From Fistulifera solaris (taxonomy: Eukaryota): 64,000 bases of DNA. The stretch spans positions 62,001 to 126,000 of the forward strand of contig AP026131.1 in NCBI GenBank assembly GCA_030295235.1. Reading direction: 5' to 3'. Position numbers and translations under genes: made by a program. How positions within the stretch are numbered: the first letter of the stretch is position 1; each line of letters opens with the position of its first letter. Under the pieces are notes generated by a model. The model was given only the letters and a program-made list of their open reading frames with translations. It was not told where the DNA came from and did no database searches. Positions 35,299-46,950 of this stretch are shown in pieces.

Positions 35299-37296
35299 AT
35301 GCCGAAAGCAGTCGATGAAGATCGCGCTCGACGCCGCGAATTGTTAGAACAAAAGCGCGCCGCCCGACGCTTGACGAAAGAACAGCAAGAACAACAACAA
35401 AAGAATGCTTCAAAAGACGCTCCCACCACCGCTTCTACAGCAACAGAGGCTCCCCGTGGACCTTGTTTATTGTTTCAAATGAAAGAAGATTGTTGGAATT
35501 ATACCATGGGTTTTCTAGCGGCGGCCGATATGGGTCGACTGATGATGACCTGTCGATCGGCATCGCGATTCTTTTCACCGCTGGATTATTTAGCGACGCG
35601 TTTACAGGCATTTCCGGATGTACAGTACTGTCCTGCGTCCACCACAGAGCAATTGGAAATGATTTGGAAACAAGCGGCGGCGGGGGGTGAGACGGGGCGT
35701 ATTCTTCCTCGACGGCCCGTACAACCAGCGTATCCAGATTTCCTGGCGTACGCCCGTTTCCTGGAACAATCGCTACACAAATACTCGCGATTGAAACAAC
35801 CTCATCAACAACCAGTATTATTAGGAAATGGTGGAACTATGGTGTCCGTTTCGCCCGAACATTCCTTGGTGCGATCGTTTGATGGAGTAGCTTCATGGGG
35901 TATAGGGAAACGTGGTCAGCTGGGGCACGGCAAACGCAAAGATGAAAAATTACCACAGCTCATTCGGTTTGGGATAGGCCATTCTGTAAAGATTGTACAA
36001 ATTGCCGCGGGAGGTGGTCTTGTTCGTGTAGCGCATTCGCTCCTTTTGACGGAATTCGGTCGCGTGTTGTCCTTTGGGACGGGACAATACGGTGCTTTAG
36101 GACACGGATATTCAGCCGCCAAACAACTTCCGGATATCATCAAGCCAAAATACATTGAGTCACTTCACTCTATTGTCGCTATTGCTGCGGGAGAACTGCA
36201 TTCGGCAGCGGTGAACTCGGATGGTGATCTGTTTACATGGGGGGATGGATTTTGTGGACAATTGGGACACGGAGATAAGAGACCGCAGGTGTCCCCGAAA
36301 CAAGTCGTTTCGGGAGATCTTGCCGATGAGTGCATTGCTGGTATTTCTTGTGGTAGTCGCCATACAATCGCCATTACAGAAGACGGGGACGTGTTTACTT
36401 GGGGGTTGGGGCATTTTGGAGTATTAGGAAGAACATTCACGCCATTCGATTACGACGCGGATGCTGCGGTAGTGGCATTGAATAGTGTGCCGGATGAGGA
36501 TGGAGTTGAAGCAGTTCCTCCCAACCATGTTTTGCCAGAAGTACCTCCGCCAGAACGAGACGCGGCTGCAGAACTTATGGCGCATATCGAACTCATTGCA
36601 AACCTATCTTTGGAAGATTCGAGTGATCAATGTATACCCATGCAAGTGGAGTCACTTAAGGGTATTCGCATTGTCTCTTCCAGTGCAGGTCATCGTCACA
36701 CGCTGTTGTTGGATAGTCAAGGAGGAGTGTACTCCTGTGGAGCGGGTATTGCAGGTTGTCTTGGTCACGGAGATACCGAAAGTCAAATGTTTCCCATGAA
36801 AATCAAGTGCTTCGACGAAGAGCAAGTGCGAATAAGAAAAATTAGTGCAGGAGTAGATATGAGCATGGCGATCTCGGCAGATGGCAGAGTCTATGGCTGG
36901 GGCAAAACGGACGATGGAAGGATTGGTTTGGGAATGTCACGTGGACAAGTTGTTTGGCCTCGTCAGGTGATTATTCAAGATCCCAAATCTGGCGACAACC
37001 TTAGAGCAGTGGATGTGGAGTGTGGCTATGTTCATTCCATCATCGTCGCACTCAATGGTACACTCCATGTGTGTGGCGGCGTTGGCGTAGATGGCGAAGA
37101 CGACGGTCAGTCACTCGAAGCTGGTAATGCCGAACTGGACGCAGCCAAGAAGGGCAAACCTTATCAAATAGAGAATATTAATGTTTGGCATCGAGTCCCG
37201 GAGCCCAAGGAGGGCGTGGAGCCGAAGCCAGTTTACAAAAAGTATGGGAAGTACGAGATCCGTGGTCGATCGAAAATGATGAGTGGCGCCGATTAA
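35299..37296 (+). CDS. RCC1-repeat (beta-propeller) protein
   Basis: Repeated WGxGxxGQLGHG, IAAGELHSAAV and CGSRHTIA motifs in an intact ORF. Confidence 0.9.
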   Translation: MPKAVDEDRARRRELLEQKRAARRLTKEQQEQQQKNASKDAPTTASTATEAPRGPCLLFQMKEDCWNYTMGFLAAADMGRLMMTCRSASRFFSPLDYLATRLQAFPDVQYCPASTTEQLEMIWKQAAAGGETGRILPRRPVQPAYPDFLAYARFLEQSLHKYSRLKQPHQQPVLLGNGGTMVSVSPEHSLVRSFDGVASWGIGKRGQLGHGKRKDEKLPQLIRFGIGHSVKIVQIAAGGGLVRVAHSLLLTEFGRVLSFGTGQYGALGHGYSAAKQLPDIIKPKYIESLHSIVAIAAGELHSAAVNSDGDLFTWGDGFCGQLGHGDKRPQVSPKQVVSGDLADECIAGISCGSRHTIAITEDGDVFTWGLGHFGVLGRTFTPFDYDADAAVVALNSVPDEDGVEAVPPNHVLPEVPPPERDAAAELMAHIELIANLSLEDSSDQCIPMQVESLKGIRIVSSSAGHRHTLLLDSQGGVYSCGAGIAGCLGHGDTESQMFPMKIKCFDEEQVRIRKISAGVDMSMAISADGRVYGWGKTDDGRIGLGMSRGQVVWPRQVIIQDPKSGDNLRAVDVECGYVHSIIVALNGTLHVCGGVGVDGEDDGQSLEAGNAELDAAKKGKPYQIENINVWHRVPEPKEGVEPKPVYKKYGKYEIRGRSKMMSGAD

Positions 37297-38050
37297 TTTT
37301 CGAATCCAAAGCTACAATTCAAATATGACGCCTATCAAGCTCGTTTTACGGTTTCACGACAGCAATCTGAACAAGCTTATAAGGTTTTCACAGAGTAAAC
37401 TAAGACAGGAAGTCGTCGCGCACGTAATTATTCATTACAATCATAAAAGTGATTACAAGGATTACACCTTAGCAAATTTTAACCTTAATTAGCACACAGA
37501 CAAGATGTGGGTTTACGTCATCATTCGCAATCGTCACGCACGACAAGTCGGACAGACTACCAGTAACATCGCAGTAACGCGTACGTCACATTTTCAACGT
37601 CCGATCAACAACAAGGATGTGCTTCAACTTCGAATAAAGATGGCGCGCCTTGATACGCAGAAATTCTTTTCTCGGGCTGATACTCTTTCTAGTTCTTCTT
37701 GTAACTCTAGTTTCTCGGTTAGGGCAGTTTGGAGTCGCTACTAAGCCATACATGAAAAGGATTGAGAATATTTGCAATCGCTAATTAGAGATTTAATTAT
37801 CTCAATGATTGTGTGTGTGAAAAGCAGCTTGTTTGTAGTTTGTCGACAATCAAGTTCGCCATAAGCTACATGAAACAACGCATGCCTTAGCGTGTCGAAT
37901 AGATGATGTGAGTTGTGCGGGATGGGCTAGCGCGATGTAGACAAGGATAGGTGCTAGCTGCTGTCATCTGCTCGGTTGTGGTGCTTTCATGGAATGAAAA
38001 TCTGAAATGCGTGGTGGGACGAAAAAAAGGACACTGTCCGACTGGCTTGT

Positions 38051-39203
38051 TTAGGGCTTGACAACGGCATAACCAAAGAGAGTGACGGCTTCTTCCAGAC
38101 TAGGAAGCTCATTGTCGTATACATGCTCTGCGGACCGGCAGGCGTCTTTCCACAGTTCGACACTAAATCGTCGAAACTTGGGGCGGGGGACTGTCAGTTC
38201 GGCTGTGTTTTCAATAGAGTCTACTACTTTTCGCTTTCGACTCGCAACTTCATTGAGATATAGCTGCAGGCACTGAGCCTTGACTCGCGTAATTTCCATT
38301 TCTTTGCGCAGCTCAATCTGTTGCATAAAGTAATTCATAATTTCTGTGAGACATCTTGTTGTTTGTATCCTCGCTTAAATATAGCTAGCTTTGAAAAGAC
38401 ACTTACCTCACTGTGACTACCGGATGATTCATCCGCTGACCCAGTGAAAATAAGCTCGCAGTTGGAAAAGGATCGCAAAATGCGCTCCTCGCAAATGTCG
38501 GAACGCGTCGTGATATCTTCCATTGTAGGCGCATCACCCGAAGAAGGTTTGAGAATATGCACCGTAATCCTTTCTCGCTTGGTGATAACTTCGTCTCCTT
38601 CTGCACCCGAAGCACTAAGATCCGCCTCACTGTCCGAAGAAGTGATACTGTTGTCTTCAGATGTAACGGATTGCATACTAATCACCGACCACGGAGAAAC
38701 AAGTGACGAATTGCGATCGGGCAAACCGGCCGAGGAAATACGGCGGGGCGTCTGCAGACGACCAACTTCTTGTTCGTGCATTTGTGTGACCATATCGACG
38801 AGTGAAATGTTGTTGTTGTGACTGTCGTTATTGAAACTAGCATCGCTGTGTTCGCGAGTGGACGACTTGAGCGGCAGGGGGATATTCTTCAAGGAAGAAG
38901 GCTTGCGAATCTTGGCTTCGACACGAGGCTTCCAGTATCTCTTGCGATTGTTGACGAACCAGTTTGTGAGTTGTTTCATTTCAATGCCTGTATCTTCCAT
39001 GATTTGCGCTTTCTCTTGCTCGGTAGGATAAGGATGAGCGACATGCTCGGGACTCATAATCCATTGCTTGAGATACTCGACGGTTTCCGGAGGCAAACTG
39101 GAGGATTTTCGACTTTTGATTTTGCGAGTGACTTTCCGAGACTACTACTGCTGGAAGAATCCATCATCTTGCTGGAGTCCTTCATGGCAATCGAAACGCT
39201 CAT
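38051..39203 (-). CDS. TALE-class homeodomain transcription factor (Homeobox_KN)
   Basis: LKQWIMSPEHVAHPYPTEQEK...QLTNWFVNNRKRYWK contains the PYP loop. Intron from about 38406 to 38319; the 5' end needs one indel near 39120. Confidence 0.88.
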
Positions 39204-40885
39204 TGCTTGTGTCTTTTGGAAGAGTGAGAAGAAGCGATTACTGCAGAAGGCGTGTGCGGGAAAGTGATCTGCGCGTGATGGGAAAGTTGATGGGGAGGAA
39301 AAAAGAACAGATTTCGAGTTTGATGTGTGTGAGTTGCCATCGTCGACAGAAATTCATACAGTACACACAACGATTGTCGCAATCAGGGACGAAAAGAACA
39401 GGACAAATGTTTTCATCAATTGTGATTGGTCCATTGGGTGGTGATGTATCCTTTCCACGAAGGCAAGTGAAAATTTCGGCGGCAAAAATGAACACGTCAG
39501 ACGATTGGGGACAGCTTACTATCACGGATTGTACTCAAAAGAATTAGTCGTTTTGATATCTGATGACAAGAGTACTCTAATGGCCCCTGTCATCTGCTTG
39601 TTTCGGTGACGAGTGTCTGCGTCCGTGCAAGCGACAAAGATCGGAGGACGGCATCAAGTAGTGTTCACCGTGTTGCGCGCGATGGTGGTGATGGGTGGTG
39701 TGTTTTGAATGTGATGGGCGATGGAAGTGCGTCGGACAATGGCATCGAAACTAAAACACATTGAGCTTGTGATATTAAAACATTAACAACTCAATCTTTC
39801 GACCATCGTTCCGCGCATGCCGAGCACTTTGAATGCAAAGGAGCGTGCGTATCAAAAGAACAACTTCCGCCGTCCTTGCACATCTTTGCACCTCAACACT
39901 GACGTTTCACTCCTTTCGATGCGATCCTAACGACCGACGATATCGTCAACAACGACGCGTCTGAGAAAGCAGTGAAATTGTCTCACGCTCAACAAGACAA
40001 CATCAGGAAAAAGCGAGGAAAGATCGAAGAAGAATCTTTCTTTCGTCGGTTGAAGAAGAATAATGGAAGAAGTTGCGCATCACAAACGAGTAAGTCATGG
40101 ATGTATAAACGATCATGACAAGAAACACAAAGGCAGAAATGTACGATAGAAACGAGAAACAATTCGACTTGTTTCATTGATGGACTTACCTCTGCAGCAC
40201 CGATTATGATTATTTGTGATGATGGTTGCGAAACAAAAGATTTTTCGTGCTTGACAAAAAATTCTGCTGACGACGATGGCCACGAAACGTAATGGTGCAA
40301 CTGACAAGTGTTTCCAGCCAACGAAATTGCTCCATCCGCCGATGATGATTCAACACGACGAATTTGCGTGGGAGGATCGAATCCCAAATCCCAACTTCAT
40401 TGTCTTCCTCCTTTCCGATTCGAGATTGAAGTAGTCCTACTAAATCTAACGCAGTCTGTGTTTTGCGGCAGAAATTGTAGAGACCAGATGGCTTCTTTCT
40501 TCCTTCGACAACTATTGGAGGAAGAGGCATCGTCATCTATTGCTTCTACTTTGTATTGCAGTGTAAATCGCTCCCTTTCTGCTTTCATGATTGATGAGAT
40601 CGGCACGCGACTCGCGACTCGTGACCGAATCATGAGCTGCGTGCACCTTTCCTATACAAAAGATCTTAACGTTGGATAACGGTTACCTACTACATAATAA
40701 ACAATACTAGGTTTTCGTTATGAGAATGAAATTTTGGTGTTGATACAAAGTAGTAATATGTAAAAATACTCCTCCCCCAACACTCAGCCGTACTCGTCAT
40801 TCTCTCCACGAATTCCGTTCCCAATGCTGGTTAACCACCACATTCGCGTTGTCATTAACTGCACCTTACAAACAACTTGTTGAAG

Positions 40886-42016
40886 ATGCGTATTTGTTTA
40901 CTATCACCGCTTTCTCTCTTTTGGCTCATCCCTGTCGTGCAGGCTCGTTTTATACGAGATTTGTTCAACAATGCCATTGGGCGCTCGGGAGAATTTGAAA
41001 TCACGCTGGCTTTCAACAACGTGCCTTTTCTACATCGTCTACGATACTTTTTTCCGGCTAGACTTCAATGGCAGAATACAATTGTGGGAGATGTTGTTGA
41101 TGTAAATGACGAACGTTTACCCACTTTCGATCCCACGGACTGTGGACCTTACCCCGCAGCCGTGGATGATCTGTATATTTGTGTTTCCTACACAGATATG
41201 GATGGAGCGGGTGGAATCGTTGGTGGTGGCTACGCGTCCATCTATCGTCTTCCGTCTTACTTACCAATCGTAGGATCGATGGTATTTGATGAAGCCGATG
41301 TACCAGGCCTTCGACGTGATAGTTTGTTTCGCGCGAGTATTCTCAGTGAAATGGGGACAGTGGTGAGTTGACGAAAGGCCTTTCAACTGTATACTTTTCA
41401 TTGAAGACGATGCTCTTACTCATTACTGCCTCAGCTCGGTCTGAATTTGTTTGCTTGGGATGGCAAAGATCTAGTAACCAGTGCCACTGGCAGTCCACCG
41501 TGTGTATACAAATCCGACAGCAACGCAACACGAGAATGGCGATCCCTTTCTGGTTGCAGTAACTCGGTTCCGGTCGAAAGTAGTTTTCCGGACGACGCTG
41601 CGATACACTGTGGACACTGGGATGAAGTATGCATGCAAAACGAAATCATGACACCTAATGTACAGCGCCGCGGGCCGGTGTCGCGTGTAACAATTGGTGC
41701 TTTGGAAGATTTGGGATATAAAGTCGATTATTCCAAAGCCGATAATTACGGTCCATCCGATATAGCCGCGTCTTGTCGATGTTCGGAGCCATCGAGTCGT
41801 GCATTGATTCGAAAAGTATCAAGCAAATCGAAACGAAAACTTTCCTCCAGTGGATTCGATGCGGCTGTATCGTATGGGAAAGAACTGATCAGCAAACACC
41901 ACTCAAGTATGCGACAAGAATCGGATTTGGTTGACACAGACTACGCTATTGGTAACACTGCAATTGTATTGGTGTATGAGAATGGAGAATTGTTCAGTGT
42001 GACCACCACATTGTAA
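40886..42016 (+). CDS. Secreted leishmanolysin-like (M8-related) metallopeptidase homologue with degenerate zinc motif
   Basis: Signal peptide; DDLYI, DGAGGIVG, GSMVFDEAD, ILSEMGTV|LGL (GT-AG intron 41363-41434), GHWDE...NEIMTP and SRVTIGALEDLGYKVDYSKAD. Confidence 0.82.
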
Positions 42017-42076
42017 ATAATAGAGACTGCGCGCTTTCATGAAAACTTATTGTAGCTCTACTAACTTACCAGGTAC

Positions 42077-42834
42077 TCAACCATTCTTGTTACCTCCGCC
42101 AAAACCAGAGAAGCCCATCATTGCAGCTATTGCCGGATCAATGCCCTCGACTTCTACCTCCTCCTCGCCTTCGTCTTCTTCTTCTTCTTGCTGCTGTTTT
42201 TCCTTTGCTTTCCTCTCTTTTCGTATTCTCTTCTTTTCTTCTCGCTCCCTTTGCATTGCCTCATCTTTGCTTTGTACCAACTCATCTAGATCTACTATAT
42301 CATGCAAGCTTGTTTCCTTTTGCAACTTTGTTGTTTGTGTTATGGATTTGAGACGATCTAAAACTTGATCCTTGGTCGATCGTTCGACTCGCATGGTAAA
42401 TCCCAACTTTCGTTGATGCTTTTTCCCGTTGATATGATCCAAATAGGTAAGAGAATCCTTCAAAAGCAATCACACACTTTACAATGCCAGCCGATTCCCG
42501 ATTTGACCACGGCGTTATCCGCAGACACCATTTCCGAAGTTCCTACTTTCGATTCTAAATCAATGGCTTGCTGCCGTGCTCGTAAAAATGCCCGTTTTGA
42601 TCCTTCCGGACCTGCCGCATCAGCCGGTGCTGCCTGAAACTCTTCTTTGTTGCTGTCATCTTCGTTCTTAGTATTCAATGTGCTGTTATCGGTTGCTTTC
42701 TTTCTCGTGTCCTCGAGAGAGCCAGCCTCTTCCTCCCGGGCCTGGCGCTCTTTGGCCCGTTGCTCGTACGATTCCACGTCCCATTTTCTTCGGGAGACGT
42801 TTGCTACTTGCTTGTAATTCAAATTAGATGCCAT
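42077..42834 (-). CDS. ZMAT2: U4/U6.U5 tri-snRNP zinc-finger protein Snu23/ZMAT2
   Basis: RRKWD...YE, [33 protein letters not shown] and AAMMGFSGFG. One indel near 42463. Confidence 0.92.
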
Positions 42835-43135
42835 TGCAGTTGTACATGCATTAGTTAGTTGTTTTTTAGATGTTTTGTTATACAAAATACGAGGGTATCT
42901 GCAGCTGCAGGTGCTGTTATTGCAGGTGTGTTCAATCGAGCCTACTGTAGCCCAAACAGTAAATTACTTTTTCTTGGCGACTCAAATGTTTGTTCAGTCC
43001 CGCATGTGTTGGCTCATTGATCTCACCGAAAAAACTCAAATTGAGCACTAGTTCCGAGGTGTTGTGAATATCCATCTACATTGCTCAAAGTCAAGCTGAT
43101 TATAAAAAAGTTTGCAACTCCAACATGACTTTATT

Positions 43136-43770
43136 TCAGTTCGAGAAGAATTTGGTGCTGGATCCATGCGAGTTTTGTTTAGCTTCATCGAAACATGTCC
43201 GAGCATCCTCTATTAGACCGAGCGTCATCAGTTGCTTGCCGAGCGCTTTCCATATGGAAGACACATTGACATTTTGACTCGCCAGAGCGATCGCGAGTGC
43301 TTCACAAAGGCATTGAATAGCCGTTTCGGGTTGACGTAGATTCGCGTATTCATTTGCGAGCTTTTGTAGCACCACCGCCACTGGAGGACTCCTTGGTCCG
43401 TAATAAGCCACTAACATCTCCAAACTATACTGCAATGCGTAGATGCTCTTGATCGTATCTTTTCTGGATGAATGTACGTTGGAAATTGCAATGAGAACCT
43501 CTGCTTTGATAGGGAGCAATTCGGGTTTGTATTCTCGTTGTCGTAGAGCGCGTGCAAAGTGAAACAGAGACTCCGAAACCTTTCCTTCTCGATAGTACAT
43601 AAAGCCGGCTTGTACCACCTCGTCAAACGTTGCTTCTTCTCCTTCGGCAGATTGTCGGAAAGAAGAATCCGAGGAAAGCTCATTGAGGCTCATGTTGTTG
43701 AATGAAACTTCAATGCGCTCCTGCAGGAGCTCCACATTTTCTTCGATGGAAAGGATGTGTTACGAATCAT
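43136..43770 (-). CDS. TPR-like hypothetical protein
   Basis: 199-aa ORF with TPR-type helices (VAVVLQKLANEY...AIQCLCEALAI; LGLIEDARTCFDEA). Start uncertain. Confidence 0.65.
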
Positions 43771-44490
43771 TTTGAATAGTCGTTCGGCCAGTTCTATACC
43801 ACTCCGTCTGATAAGAATGATTTGTTTTTATATTGTGATATTAATCGAAACAAGAGCACGATTTCATTTCGTCTTTTATACCTTTGGTCAATCCGTTGGT
43901 GTCAACGGGAGTGCCGATAATTCTGAAAAAAGAATGACTGCGCGGTACCGGTACTCACGAGAGTCTCCAAAAAACTGTAAGGCAGTCCAGTCGTGGCACC
44001 TCTAGCCTTTTTGCTTTATGATCTTTTTCTATAGCGGTTGAAATTTATGGCCATGTCTATTATGTGCATGTCACTTCACTTTCGCGGTTTGCGGTTTGCG
44101 GCCAGTTGGTTGGTCATTTGTCACAATAATTTAAATACTAAAGCTGGTTGAAGTAGTTGGGAATTATGTGTGCCTTTATTCTTCGTTTATTGACGCTAAT
44201 GCAACATTGTGATTAATGATTTATGTAGACCTTCGCGTTCGCGATGAACAAATAGCAAATCCTCGATCCTCGATCCTCGATGATCAATTATCGTCTATCG
44301 TCGGTACAATTTGACGCGGTTCTCTGTAAAAAGTAAGATCCATAGATCCGAAGATCATTACTCATTACTCATTACCGTCTACACCATTCTTAATTCTTAC
44401 TGCTCTCATCTTCATCGCCTATCGCCTTCCTTCGTCCGCTCAGCTGTTCTTAAAATCTGTAAAGGGTAATTTTAGACTAGTGGTCATTTA

Positions 44491-45140
44491 AGACTGGCGC
44501 AATAAAAACCCACATCAGCTCTGTACGTCCACCGTCAATTTTACCGAATTGCACTGTTGAGAAAATCGCGTCGAAAGTTTTCAGACTCTTCATGCAAACT
44601 TTTTGTATTGAAAAAGATTGCAAAACAATTTGATTTTTATATCTAATATAAACAATAATATCATGAAATAGATTTGTTATTTTAAATGTCTTTTGCATGT
44701 TCAAGGTTGTCCCTATGAGCCTTGTAAGCTCTTGCTCTCGCTGGTTCATTTCTCATTTCTCTTGAAAGTGTCGGTCTACGGGCTTATTTTCCATCCCAGG
44801 CAACACTCGCAACTTGTCTTTACATTAGTTGCTGCAATTTAGTTCTTTTATCAAGCAAAAAGCATTCAAAGGCTGCTCTGCATTCATGATGGGCTTTGTT
44901 CTATTCTGCCGAAGGGATAGGGGATAGAGGTCTACTGCGTAGACAACAAATACCATAATTTTTGAAGCAAAATTTTAAACGCACGCAAATCAACAACCTG
45001 AAAGAATCTGTTTTATGTAAAAACATCACTAAAATCCTCGATAGATAAATTTTTTGACTGTATAATTTTTATTTTTTGCGATGTTTGATAGTTTCGTACG
45101 ACGTACGTACCGTTGATGTGGGTTTTTATTGCGCCAGTCT
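44491..45140. mobile_element. 650-bp non-autonomous DNA transposon (MITE), probably Tc1/mariner-pogo type
   Basis: Perfect 27-bp terminal inverted repeats AGACTGGCGCAATAAAAACCCACATCA (44491-44517 and 45114-45140), TA on both flanks, and an AT-rich non-coding interior. Confidence 0.88.
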
Positions 45141-45810
45141 TATTTATCGTTTATCGTCGGTTCTTTGTTCTTTGAGTTTCGCTGGGATTGGGCAACGCCC
45201 AACTCCAGCGCAAGGGAAAAGAGCGATAAATCTGAATATAATTATGTGAAAATCGTAGATCTCGTTTCCCTTCGTGTCTCTCAGTATTCAGATTTATTAC
45301 ACATATTACTTGTACCGTCTTGTCCGTTGAGAACGGCATGGAATCTTTCTCACCAGTTTTATTCTCCTTTTTATAAGCATTACGATTTCGAAATAATAGA
45401 ACAGAAACTATAAGGGGGGCAAGGATCAAGGATATGCAGTGAAAGCGACGCGGCAACTTGGATCGGGTACGTATTTTTTGTTAACAACATTCAAGATAGA
45501 AGATCGACGTAGCTTTGGAATTCAGCGGTGCATAGTACCTGACACTGTCTACTTCATTATTCTCCAAATAGGATGCCACAATTTCGTTGTTTCGTTCGAT
45601 CTTCCTTTCTTAGAACTGTATCGGAGACTGGATAAAATTAATGAGATGCACAAGATGCAAGGAACGAACCTTGCGATGATTCGTTATTTGGAATGTAAGT
45701 CAATTGAAAAGTCGACAATCGATGAACACGCTCTCAGCAAAAGCAGATTGCTTGCACGAAAAGCAAACTCAGAGTCATATCTTTTGTTTCAACCTCTCCA
45801 CCTTCTCTCG

Positions 45811-46443
45811 CTAGTTCTGATTCATTAATGTATTCGCCGCCTCCGAAAAAGCAGCAACGCCTGTTAGCGTCATCCACGGAGGCGACCTTTCGTGAATCTG
45901 CTCCAATGCCTTCAAGCTCGCGTATGCTATGCCTGTTTTCGGATCCTTATATATTCCTGGCAGTCCGGTTACCGGACAGAATTTGCGCGGAGGCAAGGGG
46001 TGTTGAGTGAACGCCTGGGATTTCAGAAACGCTTGTGCGACACTATGTTGCGGTCTACTGGCTTCCTCCATGAGAATACTGGCTAGCGAACGAGGCAAGA
46101 ATCGTTTTGGTAAGGCAGTGGAGTTGTTTGTGGTACTCTTTCTGCCTCGTTTCTTCGGTTTGCCTCCTCCTTCATGTTCTTCCAGTTCATCGTATTCCTC
46201 TTCCTCATCCTGAACCGCCCCCATATTCGGATCAACTCCCTCCAACGCATCAATCCACAAAGAAACAGCAAGTTGTTCGTCTTCTTCTGAAGTAAGCGTC
46301 GCTTTTCGTGCTTTTTGTCGTCTTTGGGGATCTTTGTGTCGATCAGATCGTCGTTTCCGAGGGGCTTGCAGCGCCGGAGGCAGCGCCGCACCGGCGGTAG
46401 CTTTCATTGCATCGTTCCACGCTTTTCGAGCTGTCGCGGGCAT
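45811..46443 (-). CDS. SWR1/INO80-family chromatin remodeller subunit (YL1-C / degenerate HIT-finger; SWC6- or Ies6-like)
   Basis: PPRKFCPVTGLPGIYKDPKTGIAYASLKALEQI, preceded by WIDALE and LASILMEE. Confidence 0.72.
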   Translation of the reverse strand: MPATARKAWNDAMKATAGAALPPALQAPRKRRSDRHKDPQRRQKARKATLTSEEDEQLAVSLWIDALEGVDPNMGAVQDEEEEYDELEEHEGGGKPKKRGRKSTTNNSTALPKRFLPRSLASILMEEASRPQHSVAQAFLKSQAFTQHPLPPRKFCPVTGLPGIYKDPKTGIAYASLKALEQIHERSPPWMTLTGVAAFSEAANTLMNQN

Positions 46444-46950
46444 ATTCAAATTGCTGCTTTTATATACAGATAAGAGTTAAACAAGGTAGAAACGTTGATA
46501 TCACAAATCAATACTTCGAAGCTCTCTAAGCAACAAGATTGTTGCCGAGTCGCAAGTTGCAACAAACGAAACGAAGGGGCTATTAGACGGAAGGGCGGAA
46601 GGACAACAGAACGTTGTACGTCGCTTCGTTACTCGTGAACAAATAATTCTCCCCCGCTTTCCAGACTGCAACAAAGTGTAGCCTCTTTTTTCACCGCGAC
46701 CAATGAAATAGTTCGCTTTCTCTCAGCGAAGAATAGTATATCGTTTTATGTACCGACTCACGTTCTTCCCAGCGAATCAGGGAAGAGGATTCATTTTTCA
46801 TTCGGGAGTTCGCATTCTGCAATGCGAAACGAGAACGCTTTTGTGAGAATCCTTCGCGCTCCCATTCTTTCCACAAAAACCAAAACATTCCGATCCAATC
46901 GAAAAGCGAAAAAAACAAACCAAACTCAAACAAAAGAAACATTCAACAGA

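Noticed and set aside
40397..40633. ORF with RERFTLQYKVEAID, faintly like a transposase/Brinker-type HTH start
   Set aside because: It is too short, with no downstream DDE motif or TIRs found.
39204..40860. Scattered TGACA/TGTCA sites upstream of the TALE homeobox gene as autoregulatory elements
   Set aside because: Five-mers at this density are expected by chance, so the claim cannot be supported from sequence alone.
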